From positions 61,318,001-61,382,000 of the forward strand of contig NC_043002.1 in the NCBI RefSeq assembly GCF_006345805.1: DNA of 64,000 nt, written 5' to 3'. A program made the position numbers and the translations under genes. This DNA is from Octopus sinensis (taxonomy: Eukaryota). Positions 1-11,631 of this stretch are shown here, in pieces; positions within the stretch are counted from its first letter, which is position 1; the number at the start of each line of letters is the position of its first letter. Below the pieces are notes generated by a model, which had not been told where the DNA came from, did not search any database, and saw only the letters and a program-made list of their open reading frames with translations.

Positions 1-735
1 AATAGAAAGTCTTCTTTAATAATTTCACCATTGGCGAAGTTTGGAAGGAGTTCTTACTGTAATATGGACACATATTTATTTGAATTTATCTTTTCCTCTC
101 ACTCCATCAGCTCTGATCAGCCATTGCTCTAAATTGTTCTCCAGACCATAACAAAGTAGCTGCTGTATTTCATTGCTGGTTGCAATCATTTCACATCAAA
201 TTCTTGATCACAGAGTCTCCAAACCCACAATCGACCACCGTTATGAATACAGCAAAACTGGACTCATCAGAGAATATAACAGTGTCCCAAAATGCTAATG
301 GCCTCCCCACCATCTCACTGGCCCAATATTTGTTCCGCTTCATATTGGCTAGTCAAAGATGTGGCTTCCTTCTCCCTGCTCTGCTATAGTAACCAAGTTT
401 GCGGAGATACATGACATCAACTCGCTCTGCTATGCCAGAGGTCTTGCAACAAGGATTATCCTCCACACTTCCCTTAGTAAAGGGAAGGGTCCTGTCAGAG
501 GGCCTTGGGTGATCTGAACAAGGTGATGCGAGCTCCTTCCACTCTTTGGTGAATTGCACAATCACTCCGTTAAATGTAGAAAGCGGGATCCCAAGGTTTT
601 CTGCGATTTTACGCTGACTATATCCACCTTTAGAATGACCCACAATACGGCCCCTTTGAAATTCAGACAGTTACAAGGCTTCTTTTGCACATGACAGTAT
701 TAAGCAGTCACCTATAGTATCTGAAACATATATAA
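1..735 (-). mobile_element. Tc1-family transposase relic (frameshifted, runs off window edge)
   Basis: ORF 353-643 gives an HTH-type N-terminus ([22 protein letters not shown]...[15 protein letters not shown]). A downstream frame near 240-330 reads WASEMVGRPLAFWDTVIFSDESSF, the Tc1 first-Asp motif. The right boundary is approximate. Confidence 0.8.
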
Positions 736-821
736 TGTCAATTAATAAAAAACCTTTACAAGTTAGGATAAACAAAAAAATTATGCATTGGGGGGCGGGG
801 TGTATTTACTTCTAACATATG

Positions 822-839
822 TGTATATCTATCTATATA

Positions 840-892
<53 letters not shown>

Positions 893-910
893 GTCTATCT
901 ACACACGCAC

Positions 911-972
<62 letters not shown>
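822..972. repeat. Compound (TATC)n/(TACA)n/(TA)n microsatellite
   Basis: Read directly; it explains spurious ORFs 788-1051 and 819-1043. Confidence 0.95.
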
Positions 973-974
<2 letters not shown>

Positions 975-976
<2 letters not shown>

Positions 977-1182
977 TTGTGTCTGGGGAGAGCTTTTTTG
1001 TGCCTTACGTTGCCTAGGTTGCAACACGCAACGAAAAGTTTAGGAAAATAAAAATAAGAAATAAGTGGAAATTCGACCGATGAGTGTGTTACATTTTAAG
1101 GTGCAAAAAGAAAAAGACACAACAGAATATACTTCAACACACGAACTAATATAAAGAATCTTGCAACTCAAATCCCAAAACG

Positions 1183-1185
<3 letters not shown>
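975..1185. repeat. Short interspersed repeat between (TA)n runs, rearranged relative to a copy at about 53325-53510
   Basis: Shares gttgtgtctggggagag with 53396-53410 on the same strand; the rest matches 53325-53510 in reverse complement (e.g. gtgttacatt / aatgtaacac). Confidence 0.5.
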
Positions 1186-1233
<48 letters not shown>

Positions 1234-1685
1234 ATATATATAAGGATAAGCGTATTATGAGGAATCCGTGGGAGAACTCATTTAAATTAAGGGTTTGTAG
1301 CAGCTGTTGGAAACCATTGAACTAGGTAGTAAAGTAATCTAAGAAATTCATTGACAAATGTCTTAGAAATCCAATCCACTATTTTAAATACGTCAAAAGT
1401 ATGACTTAAAGATCGACATTCAATTTTAGTTACATGCCAAGCGAAGTCATTGGGTACATTATATTGTTGATGTCATGACATATTTAGAGTATCAGTGGCA
1501 ATTAAAGATTACAATGATGATGATGATGACGATGGTGATGATGATGGTAGTCATAATGATGATGATAACGATGACGATGAGGAGGGGGAAGAAAAACAGG
1601 TGTAAAATAATGTCGACAGGAAGAATATGAGGCAAATCCCAACGAAATTAATTAACAAGTGGATCCTATATGCGTTTACTAACCC

Positions 1686-1725
<40 letters not shown>

Positions 1726-2689
1726 CGTGATAAGTGTAGGTGCGATGTTACAGTAAATTTTGAATCAATACAAGTCATTATTACCATTTTCAAATATAAT
1801 CGTTAAAAGCATGCGACGTTATGAATATTCTATTTCATTCCAAATCACATCTTTTCTAAATTGCATAACACAACTGAATATCCTTATATATGTTTGTATA
1901 CCGATGCAGTTGACACTCAAGAATCCATTGACCAAACTGTATAGGTCAGAATGCCATCGATAAAGCCGTTTTTGTCCTGCTTTCCTTCCGTCAACCTGTA
2001 CATAAATGCACCTTCCATTTTTTGATGTTTTTGTACTGCTTAAATGTACGTTTCTTTCCTGTCAAGCTTACTGTTTAAACCATGTTTGTGCTCTCCCAGT
2101 CAGCAGCGTTATTATTACTGGTGTTTAAACTCTTCGGTTGCATATTTATGAATAAAATCTTTTTCTTTGGAATAGAAAAAAGTCCATCTATATTTCTTCT
2201 TTTCCTGGTGTCTCAAATTCAGGTTAAAACAGGAGGTCTATGGGATGGTCGGATAAGCTGTTTTGAGAAAATTTAGTTTAAATGTTTGACAACTCAGCCT
2301 CGACCATTGGACGAAGGGGAGGGCGTTTTGCTCGTACATACATATATATATATATATACATTTATATACATATGTACATGTATATGCATCTATACATATA
2401 TGTATGCATATAGATATAAATATATATGTATATATATATATGCATATATACATATATAACTCATATGTATTTTAGCTGATGAGTACGGGACACTTTTATC
2501 TTTAATAAAGCCTGTCTTTGTATGAAACAATTGTACTAAAACTAATCCATTCTTGTTGCTTCTTTTCTCGTTTATAATCACCCCACACTACTGTATTGGT
2601 TAACACCATATAGTTTTCTGGTGCATCTAAGTTAAGTACCATATTCAAGTGAATTCATTAGAATTGACTTGAATCTTAATTGATTTTAT

Positions 2690-2754
<65 letters not shown>

Positions 2755-3445
2755 CATATGCACATATATCTATATACATTTGAACATATATATATATGCA
2801 TTCACACACAAAAACACACACAGAAACTCACACTCAGACATACACGTACAAGAATAGATATACATATATATATATACATGCATACTCATGCATATTATGC
2901 ATACTCTACGTGCACCAGGGCGTTCATGTACCGGGGTCAGTTTGTTCAACTACATTCTCCAAGGGTTTGAAATGAATAAAGGACAAATTATATTTAAAAG
3001 TAGGCACTAAACTGTTACTTACTCGTTTGAATTTTCCGTGTGACTGAGTTTAATCTAATTAATTCCTTTATTTCGCCCAGATGGCGGCATTAAGATGAGT
3101 TCGTCATTAGATCGGATTTACTGCTCTGTGAGCTGAGCAGGATTGGAAAATTAACATATTTACATAAAACACATTACTGGTGTCATTTGCTGAAAGATAA
3201 CATCTGCATAAATAATCAAACAGTTAAGTTGGAATTAACATATTTAAGACAATATAGCAAAAATCTAATTAAAAAATATAATTCGGTGCCAAGACTGTAA
3301 TAACCACTTCAAAAAATTGTAAAAATTGTATTAGTTGAAATATTACTTAATTTCTATGAGTTATCTTTCTTTTCCATGAGCTGCATTGTAATATATATAT
3401 TTCTTTACTCCATGAGCTGCATTTTAATATATATATAACGCATAA

Positions 3446-4470
3446 GGCGGCGAGCTGGCAGAAACGTTAGCATGCCGGGCGAAATGCTTAGCGGTATTTC
3501 GTCTGCGTTACTTTGTGAGTTCAAATTCCGCCGAGGTCGACTTTGCCTTTCATCCTTTCGGGGTCGATAAATTAAGTACCAGTTACGAACTGGGGTCGAT
3601 GTAATCGACTTAATACCTATGTCTGTCCTTGTTTGTTCCCTCTGTGTTTAGCCCCTTGTGGGTAATAAAGGAATAGGTATTTCCTCTGGCGCTACGTACT
3701 GAGTTCAAACTCCGTCGAGGTCGACTTTGCCATTCATCCTTTCGGGGTCTATCAATTAAGTACCAGTTACGCACTGGGGTCGATATAATCGACTTAATCC
3801 GTTTGTCTGTCCTTGTTTGTCCCCTCTGTGTTTAGCCCCTTGTGGGTAGTAAAGAAATGCGTATTTCGTCTGCCGCTACGTGGTAAGTTTAAATTCCGCT
3901 GAGGTCGACTTTGCCTTTCATCCTTACGGGGTTGATTAAATATGTGCCAGTAACGCACTGGGCTCGCTATATAATCGTTTTAATCCGTTTGTCTGCCCTT
4001 GTTTGTCCCTGCTGTGTGTAGCCCCTTGTGGGCAGTAGAGAAATAAGAACCATTAGCATGCCGAGTGAACTGATTAGCGGTATTTCGTCTGCCGTTACGT
4101 TCTGAGTTCAAATTCCGCCGAGATCGACTTTGCCTTTCAACCTTTCGATTAACTAAGTACCAGTTACCCACTAGGCTCGTTATAATCGATTTAATCCGTT
4201 TGTCTGTCCTTGTTTGTCCCTTCTGAATGTAGCCCTTTGTGGGCAGTAAAGAAATAGGAAACGTTAGCACGCCGAGCGAAATGACTTGTGGTATTTTGTC
4301 TGACTTTACGTTCTGAGTTCCAATTCTGCCGAGGTCGAATTTGACTTTCATCATTTCGGGATCGATGAAATTAAGTATCAGCTGCATACTAGGGTCGTTC
4401 TAATTGATTGCCCCCTCCACCCCCCCCAAAAAAAATAATTTCGGGCCTTGTGCCGAGAGTACAAAAGAAT
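3446..4470 (+). mobile_element. Head-to-tail array of five tRNA-derived SINE units
   Basis: B-box-like gagttcaaattcc plus central ttgcctttcatcctttcggggtcgataaattaagtaccag recurs about every 185-210 bp; a complete A-box head is present only on the first unit. Confidence 0.8.
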
Positions 4471-4966
4471 ATATATGATACTTAACTATTTGTGTTGTTG
4501 CTTAGATTTTTGTATTAATTAAATATAGAATTTAACCACACCAGTTAATTTGAATTCTTCATATAAAATATATTTTATTTAGTAAATGTTTTTCAGAAAT
4601 ATTTTGTCAAAAACATTAACTATAGATTTACCGAAAGAAGACAAATTAAAAAAAAAACGACATACACCCATACAGATATACATATATGTATATATTGATG
4701 TATTAGCTATTGATGAACAAAAGGCAATATTATATCATGTTTTTATATGGAGTTTGTGTGTGGCTGGGAACGGATTATCCCCTTTTATATGTATTTGTAC
4801 GAAATAATTTAATCATTGAAGAAGGTTGTGGAAGGAATAATGTTCTTATATAGAGATGCACTGTATTTTGTCCCGTTACTTACTTGTAGGTGATTTATGA
4901 TAAAATCTTACCTATTATCTTTCACCACAACTTTCTCTCACTTTTTCTTCCTGTTTATCAACAATA

Positions 4967-5090
4967 GGCGTAGTAGTGGCTGTGTGGTAAGTAGCTTTCT
5001 TACCAACCACATGGTCCCGAATTCAGTCCCACTGCGACCAGAGCCTTGTATATGGATTTTGTAGACGGAAACTGAAAGAAGCCCGTCGTA

Positions 5091-5133
<43 letters not shown>

Positions 5134-5142
5134 TATATATAT

Positions 5143-5194
<52 letters not shown>

Positions 5195-5418
5195 TGTGTG
5201 TGTATATGTGTGTATATGTTTGTGTTTGTCCCTCCAGCATCGCTTGACAACCGATGCCGGTGTGTTTACCTCCCCGTAACTTAGCGGTTCGGCAAAAGAG
5301 ATAGGTAGAATATGTACTAGGCCTACAAAGAATTAGTCCTGGGGTCAATTTGCTCAACTAAAGGCGGTGATCCTGCATGGTTACAGTCAAATGACTGACA
5401 TAAGTAAGAGAGTAAAGA
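4967..5418 (+). mobile_element. tRNA-derived SINE with internal (TA)n/(TG)n microsatellite
   Basis: Head gtggctgtgtggtaag...; body agacggaaactgaaagaagcccgtc-(TA)n(TG)n-gtgtttgtc...taaaggcggtg...gcatgg. The same family occurs at 22.4, 23.2, 23.8 and 52.2 kb. Confidence 0.75.
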
Positions 5419-6448
5419 TTAATATGTAGCACTGTTTTACAGTTTCTTCCGTTAGATAGCAATATTTTCTTTTGGAATCTATAACTAAAATAGGATTACT
5501 GTTGAAACTGCTGTATGTAACTTTCACTCAAAGTTGTTTTGGATCAGTTAATACTCCAGCATAAGTAAAACAGAAAGAGAGAGGGAAACCTGAAATGAGA
5601 CTACGATAAACTAGAAGAGCGTATTTTAGAAAATATTCAAGTACATGATATTCAGCAGATAGCACAATGTTTGCGACCGTAATTGCGATTCACTTTAAAC
5701 GGACAGTTGTGAAACGTTTTGTTACTTAAGCTTACACTTTTGATTGTTATTTTCACAATGTATGAAATTAGTGTCTAATCATTGTTTTAGATACGCTAAG
5801 GAGATAACCAAATTTCATGACTTAGCGTGGAATGCTGTAACCTTTATACTCACATTAATTATAAATAGTAGCACATATTTCTCAAACTTAACCCTGCGTT
5901 GATAATATTAGAATACTTTTTCTGTACGTACATATATATTTGTGTAGTGTGCATGATATCAAAGAAACAAGACACAAAATGTGTTGGTAAGAAAAGGATT
6001 TTCTCTTAGGTGAACTCAACTAGAAATGGACTGGATATACATAAAAGGAGAAACATGTCTAAACTGATAAAAACACAGAATAATGTCTCAAATTATAATA
6101 TATTTAACACACTTACAAAATCATTCATTAAGAGTTTCAGTATTCTCTGCCAGCGCACATTTTAAATTAAAATGCAAATGTTTTTTTAACAAAGAGGACA
6201 GTTGCACTATCCGTGTGATAAAAAAAAAATTGGAAAGTAGGTCGCTTGCTCTTAAAGTAAAACATCTCAATAGAAGTGCTAATTTCTTAATATGATATTT
6301 CGCCTACGGTTTCTAAATAACATGCCTTCAAGTAGGAAAGAGTTTGGTTTCGGATTATAATTCATAATTTATATTCCTTTATCAGGTTGCCAGATCAGAT
6401 TGTTGATTACGAACTTGTTACATGGCCTGTATAAAGTGTTTCGAATTA

Positions 6449-6560
6449 CGGTAATCCTTCGACTATCGCGGGTGTTATGCTCCAAAACGCCGCCCCGCGA
6501 TAGGTGAAAATCCGCGAAGTAGAAATAGCAGCGTCTTGTCTATTTTGTTAATTCATTTTA
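6449..6560 (+). mobile_element. pogo/Tigger-like terminal inverted repeat fragment
   Basis: TA followed by cggtaatccttcgactatcgcgggtgtta...cgcgataggtgaaaatccgcgaagtag, resembling Tigger-type MITE ends; no matching far end was found. Confidence 0.4.
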
Positions 6561-7806
6561 TAATTTGTATATATTTATTTTATCATAAATCTGATCACGA
6601 TAATATTATATATTATGAAAACATGATAGTTTATTATAAAAAAAGCATAAATAGAATGTAACATGAGTAAGTTTTATAAATTCATATTTTTTATCGATTC
6701 CATCCATTAGTTATGTGTTGCGTAACACTCAGAATATCTTAAACAGTATTCTGAAAAGGATTAGCTATGTACATACGCCCTAGACAAATTGCATTTCACG
6801 TACTATGATATTCCAAAGATGACTCTTTAAGACACGAACGTAAGAGGTGTTGGCGGTCGGCAGTCAGGCGAAGAAACAAAGATCATGTGGAAGGAGGAGA
6901 GAGGGTTTGAAGGATTAAAAATATCAAAGACACAAAGAGAAAGGTACAGGAAAGATAAACGAGGAGGAAAAGAAGGGGTTAAGAATGAGAGGGCCTAGAT
7001 AAAAGAGAGTGTGGGTGGGAAAAAGAAAAGAGAAGGAAAGTATGACAGGGAGTAAGAGACAGAATAAAAGAATCGTACAAAATTTTGATACATGCTTACT
7101 ATAAGGTGAGCACAGGTGTGTACGTACGCCGCTATATGTATTTATGAATATAAGAAATGGAATAAAAACGCACTAGAGGACAATAAAACATCCGGACAGA
7201 TAGAGGATACAAAGGCAGACAGGAAAAAACAACAGTTAGAGGGACAGGAAAGGAGGGGGTCATTCGTGGCTTTCTTTCGTCAGTCAAGTTACCAAATGTC
7301 ATTACAGTTTCGAGCAGTTACACTTCAGACTGTTCGCTCTAGTTCACCCCAGAAAATTCTATGCTAAGAGCATTAAAAATGTTTGTAAGAAAGCAAGTGA
7401 AAGTTTCTGACAACAAAGACAAAAAACGGAGAACATTTTACACAATTACAAATACAAACAAGATCTTAAGAACGGGTTTCGTTTGTCTGAGGACGAATGA
7501 AATTGAGCTGCGTGTATAAAATGAAAGCCTTAAGGCCGGAACATAGGAGATGAACATAAGAGGTGTAGGCGGTCGGCTGTCAGGCCAGGAAATAAAGATC
7601 ATGGTTGACTGAACACCATTCATAATTTATATATATATATATTTGTTGAAATAGAAAGATGAATTTTCTTGTAACAGATTATTCAAAGGTTTAACCGATA
7701 CCTGGGTAGCAAAAATCACAGCGGAAAACAGCACGGTTGGAGATAAGATAAGACCATTTGGTGTTGCAACCGTGCGTTGGAGCGGATAATTGAAGTTTAA
7801 TATTAT

Positions 7807-8246
7807 TAGTGAATGGAATAAATGGAGTTGAACGAAGATTGTACAGAATACCTTTTATTACATTCTACACATGTTTCGAAGGCTACAAATTTCCAAATTC
7901 TGTTTAAATAAGGGTACCATATTGCGGCTTTCTCTTCAGGAAAAAAAAACAGGAATTCCGTTGACAGGACAAAACAAAACAGAGGCACAGCAATTCGAAC
8001 GAAGATGCTCCTGATAAACAGTTCAGCCATGGGCTCCTAAGGAGCATCTTCGTTCGAATTACTGTGCCTCTGTTTTGTTTTGTCATGTCAACGGAATTCC
8101 TGTTTTTTTTTCCTGAAGACAAAGCCGCAATATGGTACCCTTATTTAAACAGAATTTGGAAATTTGTAGCCTTCGAAACATGTGTAGAATGTAATAAAAG
8201 GTATTCTGTACAATCTTCGTTCACACTCCATTTATTCCATTCACTA
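7807..8246. repeat. Fold-back inverted repeat (arms about 205 bp, 27-nt loop), Penelope pLTR-like
   Basis: 7807-8012 is the near-exact reverse complement of 8040-8246; flanked by TA-rich sequence; each arm holds a hammerhead-like motif. Confidence 0.9.
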
Positions 8247-8420
8247 TATATATATATATATATATACATGCGTCACTAAATTGACTGAGAGCACTAGTTA
8301 GTAACAGCATTGCTAGAAATGGGACTTAAGGCCAATCATTATCTTAATGACTGACAAGTGAGGCAAGATCCCTCAGCGCCTAAGTACAACTAGATAGCAG
8401 TGACCTTAATAATAATAATA

Positions 8421-8707
8421 GTCACCGTGATCACCGTGACCGACCAGGCTATCAGATGTTACTACACATCGCTGGTCACAATGCGCTTCGCATTGTTTTA
8501 GTCTTCAAATGACGCCATTCTGCAGGCTAAGCGAGCAGGCCAACAGAAGAAAGAGTGAGAGAAAGTTGTGGCGAAAGAGTACCGCAGGGATGGCCACCAA
8601 CCCCTCGTGGAGCTTTAGGTGTTTTCGCTCAATAAACACTCAAAGCGCCCGGCCTTGGAATTGAAACCGCGAGTCCGCTGCCCTAACCGCTGAGCCACTG
8701 CGCCTCC
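8421..8707 (-). mobile_element. tRNA-derived SINE inserted in (TAA)n
   Basis: Minus-strand head ggaggcgcagtggctcagcggttagggcagcggactcgcgg; (TAA)n on both flanks; related to the SINE at 43985. Confidence 0.75.
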
Positions 8708-8929
8708 AATAATAATAATATCGAAACATACCTTAGGAATGAGAATCCAGATTCGAGATCTCCCCATGATACCTTAAGAAGGCTGCAGAATATATCAGCC
8801 GAAACGTTATGTTAACAACGAACAAGACGAGATAAATATACATCAAATGTATATTAAAAGAAAATCAAGAAATATTCTTTTATCGGCATTTATTCCACAA
8901 TCATAACTGTTTTAAAATACTGCTTTGAA

Positions 8930-9745
8930 ATTTTGGGGCAAGATCAGCACATTTGGTTTAGTCGATTCCATCGACCCCCATGACACAACTGGCATTTATT
9001 TTATAGTCCTCAATGGACGGAAAGTAAATTCGATCTTGGTGTAATTGTAACTTAGACCATAAAGACGGACAAGAAGATGCAAAGAATGTTGTGTCTCCTC
9101 CCCATGTCTGTAATGATTCATTCAGCTCGCTGCTTTCATGTTTAAAAATATCTAAACAATTTTTTCTGCGAATGTTTGAACGTGTCGTTATTATTGATTC
9201 CAAATTTTGGTCCGAGGCCAACAATTTCAGGTGGAAAGGTAAATGGATTACATCGCCCGTATTACATACTTTTATCGACCCCAAAAGGATGACAGGAAAG
9301 TGAGTCTCAGTGACACTTGGACTCACAAATTAAAGGCAGAAGAAATAATGCTAAACCTTTCGCTCGGCTTTCTAAATTTTCTGCAGTCTCACTGCCTTAA
9401 TGTGTCCTAATTATTACTGCAAATGTATATGCATTTGAAGACTGAAATGGGTGATTCACAAAATGAAAGCATTTTTCGGCTGTTGTGGTAATTTCATGGC
9501 TTATTTGCAGTAATCAAATTGGCTCTTCGTTATCTATGACCAAATATTCATTTCCACTTTAGGCACCAGGCCTAAAATTTCGTGTGAGGGGCCAGTCGTT
9601 TAGATCGACCCTAGAAAGCTACTGATACTTAATTTATCGACCCCGAAAGGATGAAAGGCAAAGTCGACCTGGGCGGAATTTGAACTCAGAACGTAAAGAC
9701 GGACGAAATACCGATAAGCATTTCGCCGGCGTGCTAACGTTTCTC
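8930..9745 (-). mobile_element. Three degraded SINE fragments of the 3446 family (about 8930-9020, 9230-9350, 9560-9745)
   Basis: Reverse-complement matches such as tttatcgaccccgaaaggatgaaaggcaaagtcgacctgggcggaatttgaactc. Confidence 0.7.
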
Positions 9746-9829
9746 AATTTTTTATTATCCATAAGGACATACATACAAGGGACTGCACAATGAAATCGAA
9801 TGATTTTACATGAAATGCGATTGTGGTCC

Positions 9830-10610
9830 TTTTAAAAATTCTAAATACATTATATATAATACGGATGATGATAGGACACAATAAGACATAACAGATGGAG
9901 TAGAGGCAGGTTTATAACGGACCTCACGAAACCTGCCTTACCACCGACATGGGTTTGTAAACTATATCGCATTCTCCCGGGGCCTTTCATGCCCAATATT
10001 CGTGCAACATTCTTCCATCTTTTTCTAAACATGTCTTCAGTGAAACATCTCTCCAGCCCAATTTGCCTTTTTAGGTGAAAGGTGAAAAAATTCACCAGAT
10101 TAGGGCCAGAGATGAATGTGCCTGACTTCATTCCTTTCATTCTTGTCCTCCATATATTCTCTCTCGCAGTTGCTACAAAATAGAGAAAATAATTCTTACC
10201 TTGTTTCGTTAAGAAATCAGGTGGGTTAATTTTCACTATAGATTCAATCGACAGCTTCCTCCACCTGACATCAGTTGTTCGGCATAAACCCACAGGTTAG
10301 ACACTTCGGGGCAGTGAACAATAGCGTGCAAGACGTTTTTCTTGTCCCGCTCACATCTTGGACAGATCGGAGTGTCTCGGCCACCGTGCGTTGAGAGTTT
10401 ATCTCGGACAGGTAAGGCTCTGCAGTAACACTGCCATGTGAAAGACTTCTGCAAAGTATCCAGGATCTTTGATCCGAATGTGCGTTGGTACAGACTGTTC
10501 AGCTGATTATCGTCAAAACCTAGGCTCTCCCCCAATGTATGATCACATTCCTCCTCTAAAAACCCTCTATAAATGACAGTGGTGGAACCACTACCCACAG
10601 GTATTTAAAT
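9830..10610 (-). mobile_element. L1/Tx1-clade non-LTR retrotransposon 3' fragment (zf-RVT region)
   Basis: ORF 10236-10598 reads WQCYCRALPVRDKL...CPRCERDKKNVLHAIVHCPEVSNLW, a typical C-terminal Cys-His finger of L1/Tx1 ORF2; frameshifted. Confidence 0.75.
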
Positions 10611-10827
10611 AAACTACCCCGCTCGTACGTCAATATAAGCACGTTTGCCAAAGAAAGAAACATTATTGTTATCTTCAATTACAAATCCATATTTTAACAT
10701 TTTTTGCAGTATATTCTCTATAAATGGCTTTTGGTTTACTTTGTTAACCTCATAAGTCATTGTGATTCATTTAAAAATAATTCATTCTTTTGATTTTTAA
10801 TGCGATCAGAAATTCGTTGCTATAACT

Positions 10828-11631
10828 TCACTTCTGTCTAGAACATATTTTCTTTGTTTTGTATCTGAATTGCTTACTAATGCACACATATACAAGGAAA
10901 TTTAAACTGTTGTTTAAGCATGCGATAAAATCTGCAATTAGAAAGGATATCTGAATTGGGTTATACTCGTCTACGTTCACAATAATCGCAACAGGAACCG
11001 TTGTAGATATAAATATCACATTTATACTGATGACGAGCCGTATAGTATCCTTTGATTGCGTATTGTGTTGGTTATGTTGACCGAGATTTGGTCTATGAAT
11101 TAATTTGTATGACATAAGTATGTTGCTGATAACTAAAAGGGCTGCTGGCATAAAGGAGTATGAGATGGATAAAAATAAAACCATCAGTTTTTGCGGGACA
11201 ATTTCGCCGTATAATACTGCTGTGTTAATTACGAATATTGAAACAAATGCAATGGATCCCGCAATAATGAACCTATGGGTTGATGCGTTCAGAATTAGAA
11301 ATGGACAATAAACGGCCAACGTGCGTTCAACTGATATTATTACTGTTAACCATGAAGACATTTCGTTCGAAACTGTACTAATCAGGTTTACCAAAATGAA
11401 AACACTTTTTGAATATGTTAATCCGTAAGTTTCTAATATAATTTTCAGTGCATTCACCCATAATGTAATGATATCCACAGCCGCTAGTGAAATAAGACGA
11501 GGAGCAATTCTATAGTCCCTCATAGCTGTCGAACACGCAACTATTATTATAAGTATGTTGCCCAGAGTCCCCAGAATCATCAATGAAATGGAGCTGAAAC
11601 GAAGAGCACTATATATTCCAGTGTTATTCAT
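10828..11631 (-). CDS. Single-exon class A GPCR, paralogue 1 (267 aa from first ATG); peptide/FMRFamide-receptor-like motifs, orphan
   Basis: Seven hydrophobic segments with GTLGN (TM1), LAAVD (TM2), SSWLTVIISVERTLAVYCPF (TM3), SFMP (TM5), FISTTVP (TM6), NNSLNFLVY (TM7) and SKQFR (helix 8). The track start at 11658 is TTG; the first ATG is at 11631. Confidence 0.92.
   Translation of the reverse strand: MNNTGIYSALRFSSISLMILGTLGNILIIIVACSTAMRDYRIAPRLISLAAVDIITLWVNALKIILETYGLTYSKSVFILVNLISTVSNEMSSWLTVIISVERTLAVYCPFLILNASTHRFIIAGSIAFVSIFVINTAVLYGEIVPQKLMVLFLSISYSFMPAALLVISNILMSYKLIHRPNLGQHNQHNTQSKDTIRLVISINVIFISTTVPVAIIVNVDEYNPIQISFLIADFIACLNNSLNFLVYVCISKQFRYKTKKICSRQK

Noticed and set aside
2476-2500. 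CTGATGAgtac hammerhead half
   Set aside because: No downstream stem II partner or GAAA box was found.
3446-4470. CRISPR-like repeat/spacer appearance
   Set aside because: Units are about 190-bp SINE bodies with homologous, non-unique linkers; eukaryotic context and no cas genes.
8771-8815. cttaaga-ggctg...cagcc-GAAAC motif
   Set aside because: Stem II is good but the core has G5 changed to T and stem I is unconvincing; at most a dead copy.
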